Positions 40,770-48,852 of a stretch of 48,852 nt of DNA are shown here, one piece after another. The DNA is from a virus. Numbering within the stretch: position 1 is the stretch's first letter; each line of letters starts with the position of its first letter. The notes under the pieces were generated by a model. It had not been told where the DNA came from and made no database searches. It worked only from the letters and a program-made list of their open reading frames with translations. The DNA lies in the IMG/VR virus record IMGVR_UViG_3300010399_000003, positions 1 through 48,852 of that record. One strand, written 5' to 3'. Both the position numbers and the translations under genes were made by a program.

Positions 40770-41923
40770 TATCTTGCCCTCTCTCCGAGGTCAACGCGTG
40801 CAAACATCGGATCATCGTAGGAGTAAACAAGCACCTGCCGTGCGTTGGCTCGTGCCCAGATTTCTAGATCCGGCATCTCTTCAAAACGACGTTGTGATAC
40901 AATGAAAGTATCACAATTCGTAACTTGTTCACGAATCATTGGATCTGCAAGATTGCCACACACAAGAAATCCGCGGCCACGGACTTTATCGTAATCCATT
41001 TCAATGCCCATGATCGGCATTTGAAAATCATCGCGAATCCGTTCAAGCAATTTTCCATTACCAGCGCCAAGATCAACGACCAAACCTGCAGGTGGTTGCA
41101 CATTGAGTTCCGCCAAAATCATGGCATGAGCTCGTTCCATGTTGGCTTCGGAATTGAATCCGTTTTCGGTCCAATCTTTCGATCGCATGAGTTTGAGTGG
41201 TTTTGTTGGTTGTTGCTGATATGGAAAGACAAGACCGCGTGCACCTTCGTCTGGATACGAAGTGCCAATTCGACGCACCACACGATTTCCTAATACAGTC
41301 GTTCGCGTCGAGACTTTCAAAATCGGATACTTGATTTCAGCGAGACCGTTCTTTGCGGACCACTCGATTGGCCAACTTAGAATATCGCGTGCCCATCCAA
41401 GTTCTTTCCGTGGCCACAAGGCATCCAAACTTTGAGCGAACAACCATGTATCATCACAGGTGAACGAGCATGGTAGATGCGGCACTAATCGAACACCAAG
41501 CCAACGACCAAGAATATTGCACTCGAGTGGACCGGAGACATGTAACGGATCTGGACCAGCCATATCCCACGTCGTATCGACATTTCCATTGACTTTCACT
41601 CGCTGAAAAAACTGCCGACAACATCGCGGATAGCGCAGCAATCGACCAACCGCGTCATCATCTCGTTTCCGATAGGCTCTCGCAAGTTCCTCAGCCAACG
41701 GTCCGACTGCAAAACGATCCTGATCCACAATCAGTGCCGGTGACAAGCCAGATTTCTGCACGAGCTTTTCACCGTAGACTAATGCCACAGATCGCAGTCC
41801 GAGTCGCACGGATGCCAATTCCACTTCCAGCCACGCGTTCGATACAGCCTGCAAACGTGGTCCCCAAATTTCACGCGCCTTGCTATTCGCCCACATGATT
41901 CGCGTCGAATCAGAAGGAGGCAT
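40769..41923 (-). CDS. two-domain protein: Cys-containing N-terminal domain plus C-terminal class I SAM methyltransferase domain
   Basis: Motif I LVVDLGAGNGKLLE, followed by GIEMD and CGNLAD. N-terminal YPRCCRQFF...HLPCSFTCD. Start at the Met preceded by GGAGA (41923), overlapping the radical SAM stop by 14 nt. Confidence 0.6.
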   Translation of the reverse strand: MPPSDSTRIMWANSKAREIWGPRLQAVSNAWLEVELASVRLGLRSVALVYGEKLVQKSGLSPALIVDQDRFAVGPLAEELARAYRKRDDDAVGRLLRYPRCCRQFFQRVKVNGNVDTTWDMAGPDPLHVSGPLECNILGRWLGVRLVPHLPCSFTCDDTWLFAQSLDALWPRKELGWARDILSWPIEWSAKNGLAEIKYPILKVSTRTTVLGNRVVRRIGTSYPDEGARGLVFPYQQQPTKPLKLMRSKDWTENGFNSEANMERAHAMILAELNVQPPAGLVVDLGAGNGKLLERIRDDFQMPIMGIEMDYDKVRGRGFLVCGNLADPMIREQVTNCDTFIVSQRRFEEMPDLEIWARANARQVLVYSYDDPMFARVDLGERAR

Positions 41924-43214
41924 CCGAATCTCCATGCATCACAGTCGTACCAGAGTCGCCATGAACAACATACGGATTATCTGCGTGTTGATATCCGTCA
42001 GGTGCATCCCAATGATCACCATGAGGATGATCCTGTAAAATCTCTGGTTCCTTACCCGATAACACGGATTGCAGAGCTTCGTGAATGGAAATGTTCTTGC
42101 CGGATTCCCAGAAGCGCAACATAACTGCGTCCACACGCTGCCGTAATTCTGGTTGTTTCGAAAGCGGCACGCGACCTTCTTGAATCAGATCAGCTTCCAT
42201 CCGTTCGAACAGCGCCATCCAACTCGCGCAATGTTCACTGCGATTCCGCCAATCACCGTCCTGTGCGGTGCCAGGACACTGACCTTTGCACGCAAAGAAA
42301 AACCTACATCCCTGACAACCAAGTTCCTCTTGAGGTGTATGGTAGAGTGCGACTTGCCGATCGTGGCTCACGACATCGGCCTTCCGCCAATCCACACCTT
42401 CTTTGTTCATACGACCGCAATTCGAGGATTCACCCTGACCATTCACGCCGCGCACCGCGGCAGTCGTGTAAGGATCACAAGCATTCCAGATACATGTCAC
42501 CTGTTGATCTTCAGCCATGAGCAATTTGCGCATGTCATTGAAGATATCAAAATCAATTCCGGGATGCATTTTCTGAAAATGATACAACGATAACAAGGCA
42601 GCCGTGTTTTCTTCATTCGTTAATGCCATCGTCGAACGCACACGATCATTCTCAACTTCGAGCAGATGGATTCGCATACTGCGAATTCCGAGCTTGTTCA
42701 GGGTGGTGAACCACTGCATGAGTCGCCAAAGTCGTTCGCCAACAGCATTTCCTCGATAGAGCGTCGTGATGATACTTGGTACGATCTTCACTTTGAGCAA
42801 TTTATGTAATGCAACGAAGCTCGCATGCGTTGCTGCACGAGTCTTTTCCAAGGTGCCAGCCCAACGACTGTCGTTTAGTTCGTCTGGACCATCTAGTGAC
42901 AAACCGACATGCACTTTGTATCGCTGAAATAGTACAATGTGTTCGTCGGTAATCAGCGTGCCATTGGATTGGATGCTGTTTGAACCAAATCGCTCAAGCC
43001 CGTAGGCAAAGATCTCTTCAAGAATCGGTAATGGTGTAAGGAGTGCTTCGCCGCCGAAAATGGAAAATTGACCACCCTCGCGTTCAAGACCTGCTTTCAT
43101 CTTTTCGAAATTGTAACCTTGTGTGATATTGCCAGCTTCACGCATTTGATTCTGATAGCAATAATCACATGATAGATTACATGCCACGCCAACAGGCGTC
43201 AATTCAATAGACAT
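41910..43214 (-). CDS. radical SAM enzyme with SPASM-type C-terminal domain (anSME/peptide-maturase-like)
   Basis: CNLSCDYC (CX3CX2C), IFGGEALL, then the auxiliary-cluster pattern CIWNAC...NCG...CQGCRFFFACKGQC (CX2CX5CX3C). 1-nt TGATG overlap with the upstream tail gene. Confidence 0.85.
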   Translation of the reverse strand: MSIELTPVGVACNLSCDYCYQNQMREAGNITQGYNFEKMKAGLEREGGQFSIFGGEALLTPLPILEEIFAYGLERFGSNSIQSNGTLITDEHIVLFQRYKVHVGLSLDGPDELNDSRWAGTLEKTRAATHASFVALHKLLKVKIVPSIITTLYRGNAVGERLWRLMQWFTTLNKLGIRSMRIHLLEVENDRVRSTMALTNEENTAALLSLYHFQKMHPGIDFDIFNDMRKLLMAEDQQVTCIWNACDPYTTAAVRGVNGQGESSNCGRMNKEGVDWRKADVVSHDRQVALYHTPQEELGCQGCRFFFACKGQCPGTAQDGDWRNRSEHCASWMALFERMEADLIQEGRVPLSKQPELRQRVDAVMLRFWESGKNISIHEALQSVLSGKEPEILQDHPHGDHWDAPDGYQHADNPYVVHGDSGTTVMHGDSDASF

Positions 43215-45418
43215 CAGTTTAAATCCCCATGAGCAATATCACTGTGTTGATCACCATGTGGCGTATCGGTATGCAACACATCCGTGTGAGCAACGTCGCC
43301 GTGCGCAGTATCAGCATGTGCTGAATCGGAATGTGCTGTATCTGAGTGAACACCGTCTGCATGAGCCGCAATATCAGAATGTGCTGTATCAGAATGTGCT
43401 GTATCGCCGTGACTAACGTCAGCGTGCGCCACGTCAGAATGTGTGTTGACTAAGGCGACATCCGAATGCGCAGTATCCGAATGTGAATCTACGTGTGCCG
43501 AGTCACTATGTGAATCACTGTGCGAATCGGTATGCGAATCACCATGCGCAATGTGACCAGGTGAATCGAAAAATTCTTCACGATCAACGTGCGAATCAGA
43601 GTGAGAATCTTCGTGTGCGATATCAGAGTGAGCTACGTCGGAGTGGGAATCAGAGTGAGCTACGTCGGAGTGCGCCGTATCACCATGCGTATCACTATGT
43701 GCAGTATCAGTATGCGCGCGGTCTGAATGAGCAGCGTCGCCATGAGCAACGTCTGAATGAGCGACGTCACCGTGCGTTCCAGCATCTGCATGTGCAGCAT
43801 CACCATGGGCAACGTCCTGATGTGCATCATCAGTATGCGTATCGGAATGAGCTATGTCTCCGTGTGCAGTATCCTGATGCACGTCAGAATGAGCCACATC
43901 TGTATGACCAACGATCAAACCAAATCCAAGTCGCGTTGATCCATCAAGTTCGGAAAGTCCCTCGATTTCCAATAACCAAAATGCCGTTGAATCAGCAGGG
44001 ACAAGTGTAAATTCGGTTCGGAGTGTATTATCTTGTTCCGTCTCAGTGATTGAATTAATGTAGAATGAACGCGTGATACCAGTCACGTAATCCGTCAGAC
44101 CAATACGATCACTGATGTCACGATCAAGGCTTCTTGCTAATTCTAATGCATCGCTATTCAAGCCAACAAAACGAACGAGACCCGAAACTTGTGTTATCGG
44201 AAAGGCCATAGAAAAAACGAAATATTGCGCAGCTTCCAATCCAAATCGTGGATCAGCTTGATACACCATATCAATCTGTTGCACGATTGGACCATACTGT
44301 GCAATACTCGTATCGTCTTTCCACTGCATGACAGTCGCACCATAATCATACAATGGTTTCCCGCGTTGTTGTAGTTTCGTCAAATAGCCAGTCACACCTC
44401 CGTTGTACGTCACAGAAAATTCTGTCGCGTTTCCAGAAAAACCAATCGTCACCGACACAAAACCTGTCAGATTCGTTCCGCTTCCATCACTCGCCGTATT
44501 TGCTGTGTAATCGGTAGTCGCTGTGATTGGTGCTAAATCAGCAGCGCCAACACGAACGTCTGGATTATCTGGATCTGTCCAAGGCCCAAGAATTGTAATA
44601 GTCTGGCCAGGGATTAGCTCCATTGGTTGTTTCATCGAGAACATGACAACGTAGCTGGAGCCAGGCACCCGAGGATGAACAGTTGATTGAACCTTGTTGA
44701 TCAGACTAGTACGATCTCGATCGGCGACAAACCCAAAATGATCATCATACACATCAGCATTAGTTGCACTGATTGCACGACGGGTTCTGGATTCATACAC
44801 AACAGTTCCGTCACCACGTATCCAGCAACGATCTAAACCACTAATGCATAGACGATAAATTTCATCGCGAAGCACTGTCTGTTCATCTCGTGTACGATCC
44901 AGTGAATACGGAAAAATATCAGCACTCAAATCCATTTCCAATGCGTCAGGCTGGCTGACGATCGGAATTGAATCAATGAGGACCTGGAAAATCTCGTCAC
45001 CTCGTTTGTTGATTTGTACTGGAAGATTTTCTAATCTCGTTCGCTGTGCAACATCCATCCAATCGACAACTTCACACGATACCGTACGAGGACCGTGCCG
45101 ACCAGTGATTGGAGTGATTGAATCTAACACGCCAGTAAATCGGATGATACTGCCGATTCGATAGCGCACACGGATATTCAATTCAAATCCAGATCTCCTA
45201 TTTTCATGATCTGGACTGTAATATCCGATTAATCCAACACTGTTTCGTTCGCTATTGTCGAGTGAAAAGGACAGAGTGCCGATATCGGCTACAAGATCAA
45301 GAATGGAAGAACCAGGGAGACCACGATGCCACGTGATGCCAGGACCACGAAGCACATCGGTAACGGTCGTCCAACCATTACCACGGCCGCTGAATTCCAT
45401 TTCAATGATGCCACTCAT
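43214..45418 (-). CDS. tail (distal tail/tip) protein with C-terminal His-x-Asp repeat domain
   Basis: Follows the tape measure gene with a 4-nt overlap. The N-terminal ~500 aa is beta-rich, the position typical of Dit/tail-tip proteins. The C-terminal 231 aa is almost entirely (A)H-x-D-x repeats. Confidence 0.6.
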   Translation of the reverse strand: MSGIIEMEFSGRGNGWTTVTDVLRGPGITWHRGLPGSSILDLVADIGTLSFSLDNSERNSVGLIGYYSPDHENRRSGFELNIRVRYRIGSIIRFTGVLDSITPITGRHGPRTVSCEVVDWMDVAQRTRLENLPVQINKRGDEIFQVLIDSIPIVSQPDALEMDLSADIFPYSLDRTRDEQTVLRDEIYRLCISGLDRCWIRGDGTVVYESRTRRAISATNADVYDDHFGFVADRDRTSLINKVQSTVHPRVPGSSYVVMFSMKQPMELIPGQTITILGPWTDPDNPDVRVGAADLAPITATTDYTANTASDGSGTNLTGFVSVTIGFSGNATEFSVTYNGGVTGYLTKLQQRGKPLYDYGATVMQWKDDTSIAQYGPIVQQIDMVYQADPRFGLEAAQYFVFSMAFPITQVSGLVRFVGLNSDALELARSLDRDISDRIGLTDYVTGITRSFYINSITETEQDNTLRTEFTLVPADSTAFWLLEIEGLSELDGSTRLGFGLIVGHTDVAHSDVHQDTAHGDIAHSDTHTDDAHQDVAHGDAAHADAGTHGDVAHSDVAHGDAAHSDRAHTDTAHSDTHGDTAHSDVAHSDSHSDVAHSDIAHEDSHSDSHVDREEFFDSPGHIAHGDSHTDSHSDSHSDSAHVDSHSDTAHSDVALVNTHSDVAHADVSHGDTAHSDTAHSDIAAHADGVHSDTAHSDSAHADTAHGDVAHTDVLHTDTPHGDQHSDIAHGDLN
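43217..43909 (-). repeat. coding tandem repeats (12-15 nt periodicity) encoding the HxD repeat domain
   Basis: Protein residues 504-734 begin GHTDVAHSDVHQDTAHGDIAHSDTHTDDAHQDVAHGD and end HGDQHSDIAHGDLN. About 45 H-x-D triplets by hand count, interrupted once by REEFFDSPGHIA. Confidence 0.9.
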
Positions 45419-48400
45419 GCCGTCCGCAATCCGACTAAGCCAGTAGCGATCGCACGAGACATAGCACGCGGCAGCGATGTTTTCAAATCTGAGCGAAGAC
45501 CGTTGATAGAATCGACGACTTCCTCATTCGACGGCATCTCCGGGAAACCACCCTGATTCAGTTGACGCAAACCTTCATTGCCGAGTCGTTCCATGCCTTT
45601 CGTTGTAACAATGCCCTCGCCAGGTGTAAGCATCGTCGCCACTGTATCCGAACCTCTCGCAGGCCACGGACCTTCGAGCACCGGTCCGCCAACGGCCAAG
45701 TATTGCACACCGGATGCCGTGACGCGACCGCCACGCGATGCGTAATCAGGGATGTCCGGCGCAATGTAATGACCTTCAATCTGGATATCGAAATCCTTGG
45801 GGATTTTATCCAGTTCCGTCTTCATATTCGCGGCAGTCGTTTTAGTCTGTTGCTCCATTGCACGAAGACCTTCAGGGATCTTCGCACCGAGCGCGTCACC
45901 GATTGCCATCAGCACGTCAAGGATCTTTTGATTATCCGATTTCGCCTGTTCACCGATGAGCCCGGATTGCACGCCTTGATCAATCAATGCTTGCGTCGAT
46001 TCATCGACGCTGTAGCCGTAGCGCTGCTGCATCTCCCAGATTGTTTGGAGATCACCACGCATCGCAAGCATCACAGTGTCACTGGAATAACCCTGTGCCA
46101 CCAACGCTTCTTCAGTCGCGGCAATCTGACCGGCCAGACCTGAGAATGTCTCCTGATTCAGGATACCAGCGTTGCTCAGACCGATCATACCAGCGGTGTA
46201 GCCTTCAATGGATTCGAGTGCCGGACCCGCGATTTCATCATTCGCGAAATCAACCATGTTCTTGATGAAATCGAATGCAGCACCTCCAGTGTAACCAGTC
46301 GCTTCCAACTGCGCCTGCAACAATTCGACGTTTGGACCAATCGCCCTGACCGACTCGATAAATGATTTGCCAGCCTCCATGTTCGCCGAGACAATACCAG
46401 CCAACGAACTAGCAACTGCACTCGCGGCTTCTTGTGAATGAAGTCCGGTCACTTCGATAATTCGATCATTGTTCTCGATCTGATCATGCAACGCCATCAA
46501 GCCCTTGTATTCAGCTTCGTTCTTCGCAATGATCTGATCAATCTGGATTTGAATTGCCATTTTATGCCCAAGATCCGCCTTGGCATACTTGGCTTCGAGA
46601 TCCATGATTTTCGCGATGTCTAGGTATTCATCCTGATCCATTTCCGCGCGGCGCTTGGAGAATTCCGCTTGTTGTTTCGCCCGATCTGCGTATGCATTAC
46701 CGGTGATTCTCAATGCCGCACTGAAACCAGTCTGCGCATTAGTTAGCTGACCGGATACATATGCGGCGATCTCTTTCGATTGAGTTCCGTATTGTCCGTT
46801 CAGCTTGATGATTTCAACAAGCTGTTTATCCAACATCCCAAGATTGTTGGTACCAGCTTGTGCAAATTGCGCAAAGTTTTCATCCATGACTTTCGCACCT
46901 TGTGCGATCGTCATTTGATGTGTTTCAATCAGTGAGAACACATCGTGGAATCTATCCGTCATTTGTGCTAGATTATCTTTTGAGAGACCTCCGGCTTCCT
47001 TGATGATATCAGATAAATGCGATATTGCCGCGGCCTGCCGACTTCCTCCGAAATCTTCCTTTGCAGATTTTGCAATCGCCTTCGCAAGATCGTCTGAAAT
47101 CTTCTCACCAAAATCCCGCCCGACTTCTTCCGCAGCCTTGGCCCACGCAGGTTTTCCACGAATGATGCCAACCACCAAACCAGCCGCTGCGCCGACAGCC
47201 ATTCCATAAGGCCCGAACATCGAACCAGCCTGAGCCCCAGCCATCATACCACCAAGTGCGTTACCGGCGGCAGATGAATGTGCGGAAGTCGCGTCCCAAA
47301 CCGCAATTGCACCTTGAGCGATACCAGCTGCGGTTTGTACACCAGCAGCGAACTTCTGCATCCTGTCGGCATTATCATTGAAAATCGTGCTCAGCGGTCC
47401 GAAGTGACCACCAAGTTCATGACCATCAATACCAAGTTGTTTTGATTGCTTATGCGCACTTTCAAGTCCGACAACAACTTGTCCAACTCCGCTGAGTATC
47501 GCACCCATCATCCCGCCGGTCACTTGACCAAGTTTGGTGAAATACTCGGAGATCGTCGCAAGTGACTCAGATGCCCGTCTTTCTGCAGCTGCCAATTTAT
47601 CGAGTTTGATTCTCAGTTCGTCGATTTCTGTAGACTTACGACCGACATCTTCCAAACTTAGCGCCATGTTATAGAAGCCTTGTAATGGCGCAGGAATACT
47701 CCGTTCAACCATTTTAAGTCCAGCAGCAACTTCCACCTGCGTCCGAACCCATTTCAATTCAGTCTCGTCGACTTCTAAGAGTTTTGAATGGAATCCCTTC
47801 AATTCACCGAATTGAATCTTAACGAGCTGCGCACCAATTTTCTTTTGCTCAGCCCATTGTTTTTCTGCATATACAACGCTTTCAACAATGGGTTTTGTTA
47901 CGCTGTATGCCGCGGCGATTTCAGCAATTGATTTACCACGTGCATGATCAAAGGCGATTCCTTCATATAACGTCGCGCCAATTTTGGCCATGACGTTTTG
48001 ATAATCGCCAAGTTTTGCATTGTAATTCGTCAAAGCCGCTTCGATTTTTGTCTGTTCGGCTGCGGATTTCTTGAGTTCCGTGATGTAGGCTTTCGTTGCC
48101 GCTTCTGTCGCACCAGTGACTTTGAGGATTTCCTTTATCGACTCGGTGTTCATAGCCACGCGAGTATATTCTTTTTGTGCTTCAGTCAGCGGCGTTAACG
48201 CAGCATCTTTCAAAGATTTCAATTTCTGTGACATCAAATCGGCACCAGCCGCACTGTTCGCCATGGATGCTGCAACAGCTTGTAGTGCAGGATGCCCAGC
48301 CAGAGCCTCTTTATTTACTCCGGCGATAGCAACTCCAACCTGTTTCATTAATGGCGTCGAAAAATTATTCGCTTTTGCCGTCGCCATCACTGAACGTTCA

Positions 48401-48852
48401 AGTTCGTCGAGTTGCGTCGCCGTGTGTCCAGAATTACTTGATAGATCTGAAATCGCTTCTTGTAAATCTTTCGCCCCACCGTGCGCTTTACGAAACTGTT
48501 CGTTATTGAAAGCAATTGCTTCGGCGTAGCGTTTGGCTTGATCTGTTTCGGTTGACGACCAACCATCTTTCAGAGCTTTATTCAATACGAATTGTTTGGC
48601 TGCAGCTGTTTCTGTTTGTAATTGTGCTTCTGCAGTCGCCTGCCGCCAACTTGTATAAGCCAAAGTCACGCCAGCAATCGCAGCCGCGATTGCCACAAAT
48701 GGATGTGCCAAAATGATATTGTAGAGTTTGGTAAAAGCTGCACCGAGATTCGCCAAAGCTGCTTCACCGAGTGTTCCCCATCCAAACGCTTGGGTCATGA
48801 CACTCAGTTTGAAAATTTCAGCGGCAAGACTCGCTATCCAACCACCAAGTTT
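45415..48852 (-). CDS. tail tape measure protein (5' end possibly outside window)
   Basis: More than 1100 aa, Ala/Gln/Lys-rich and helical, with hydrophobic N-terminal and Gly-rich central segments. C-terminal GSDTVATMLTPGEGIVTTKGMERLG block. The frame upstream of ATG 48798 has no stop up to the window edge. Confidence 0.8.
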   Translation of the reverse strand, partial: KLGGWIASLAAEIFKLSVMTQAFGWGTLGEAALANLGAAFTKLYNIILAHPFVAIAAAIAGVTLAYTSWRQATAEAQLQTETAAAKQFVLNKALKDGWSSTETDQAKRYAEAIAFNNEQFRKAHGGAKDLQEAISDLSSNSGHTATQLDELERSVMATAKANNFSTPLMKQVGVAIAGVNKEALAGHPALQAVAASMANSAAGADLMSQKLKSLKDAALTPLTEAQKEYTRVAMNTESIKEILKVTGATEAATKAYITELKKSAAEQTKIEAALTNYNAKLGDYQNVMAKIGATLYEGIAFDHARGKSIAEIAAAYSVTKPIVESVVYAEKQWAEQKKIGAQLVKIQFGELKGFHSKLLEVDETELKWVRTQVEVAAGLKMVERSIPAPLQGFYNMALSLEDVGRKSTEIDELRIKLDKLAAAERRASESLATISEYFTKLGQVTGGMMGAILSGVGQVVVGLESAHKQSKQLGIDGHELGGHFGPLSTIFNDNADRMQKFAAGVQTAAGIAQGAIAVWDATSAHSSAAGNALGGMMAGAQAGSMFGPYGMAVGAAAGLVVGIIRGKPAWAKAAEEVGRDFGEKISDDLAKAIAKSAKEDFGGSRQAAAISHLSDIIKEAGGLSKDNLAQMTDRFHDVFSLIETHQMTIAQGAKVMDENFAQFAQAGTNNLGMLDKQLVEIIKLNGQYGTQSKEIAAYVSGQLTNAQTGFSAALRITGNAYADRAKQQAEFSKRRAEMDQDEYLDIAKIMDLEAKYAKADLGHKMAIQIQIDQIIAKNEAEYKGLMALHDQIENNDRIIEVTGLHSQEAASAVASSLAGIVSANMEAGKSFIESVRAIGPNVELLQAQLEATGYTGGAAFDFIKNMVDFANDEIAGPALESIEGYTAGMIGLSNAGILNQETFSGLAGQIAATEEALVAQGYSSDTVMLAMRGDLQTIWEMQQRYGYSVDESTQALIDQGVQSGLIGEQAKSDNQKILDVLMAIGDALGAKIPEGLRAMEQQTKTTAANMKTELDKIPKDFDIQIEGHYIAPDIPDYASRGGRVTASGVQYLAVGGPVLEGPWPARGSDTVATMLTPGEGIVTTKGMERLGNEGLRQLNQGGFPEMPSNEEVVDSINGLRSDLKTSLPRAMSRAIATGLVGLRTA

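Noticed and set aside
43217-43909. Regularly spaced short DNA repeats that could be mistaken for a CRISPR array or satellite
   Set aside because: The repeats are 12-15 nt, in frame and degenerate at wobble positions. They encode the HxD domain of a continuous 734-aa ORF, with no repeat-spacer architecture.

Overview
The window reads as part of a tailed dsDNA phage or prophage genome with two convergent blocks. All calls come from reading the sequence by hand; no searches, folding programs or statistics were run.

**Plus-strand block (1-35616).** It holds about 95 tightly packed, mostly small genes with pervasive ATGA/TAATG start-stop overlaps. Recognisable products are:
- HNH nucleases
- a ThyA-family pyrimidine C5 transferase
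- a DEDD 3'-5' exonuclease
- a cold-shock protein
- an SNF2 helicase
- an ATP-dependent DNA ligase
- a UvrD-like helicase
- a SprT-like metalloprotein
- a NADAR-domain protein
- a RelA/SpoT-type HD (alarmone hydrolase-like) protein
- many zinc-ribbon proteins

**Minus-strand block (35808-48852).** This is a single tail and host-interaction operon:
- a tape measure protein, whose reading frame is still open at the window edge
- a tail protein ending in a ~230-aa His-x-Asp repeat domain
- a radical SAM/SPASM enzyme
- a methyltransferase-domain protein
- a tail fibre
- an SLT-like lysozyme
- a beta-helix protein
- an HExxH protein
- a papain-like peptidase

I could not support any rRNA, tRNA, CRISPR array, integrase, terminase or capsid gene.

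**Most notable observations.**
1. Five paralogous intergenic elements fold, with covariation in all three helices, as type II hammerhead-like ribozymes. Each spans exactly from the upstream stop codon to the downstream Shine-Dalgarno.
2. A radical SAM/SPASM maturase-like gene is translationally coupled to a virion protein carrying about 45 HxD repeats.
3. An ORF-free region of about 1 kb (11.2-12.2 kb) has an AT-rich repeat half and a GC-rich half that looks like structured RNA.
4. A separate 18-nt motif, GATTTCCAAACTTAGGTC, occurs five times.
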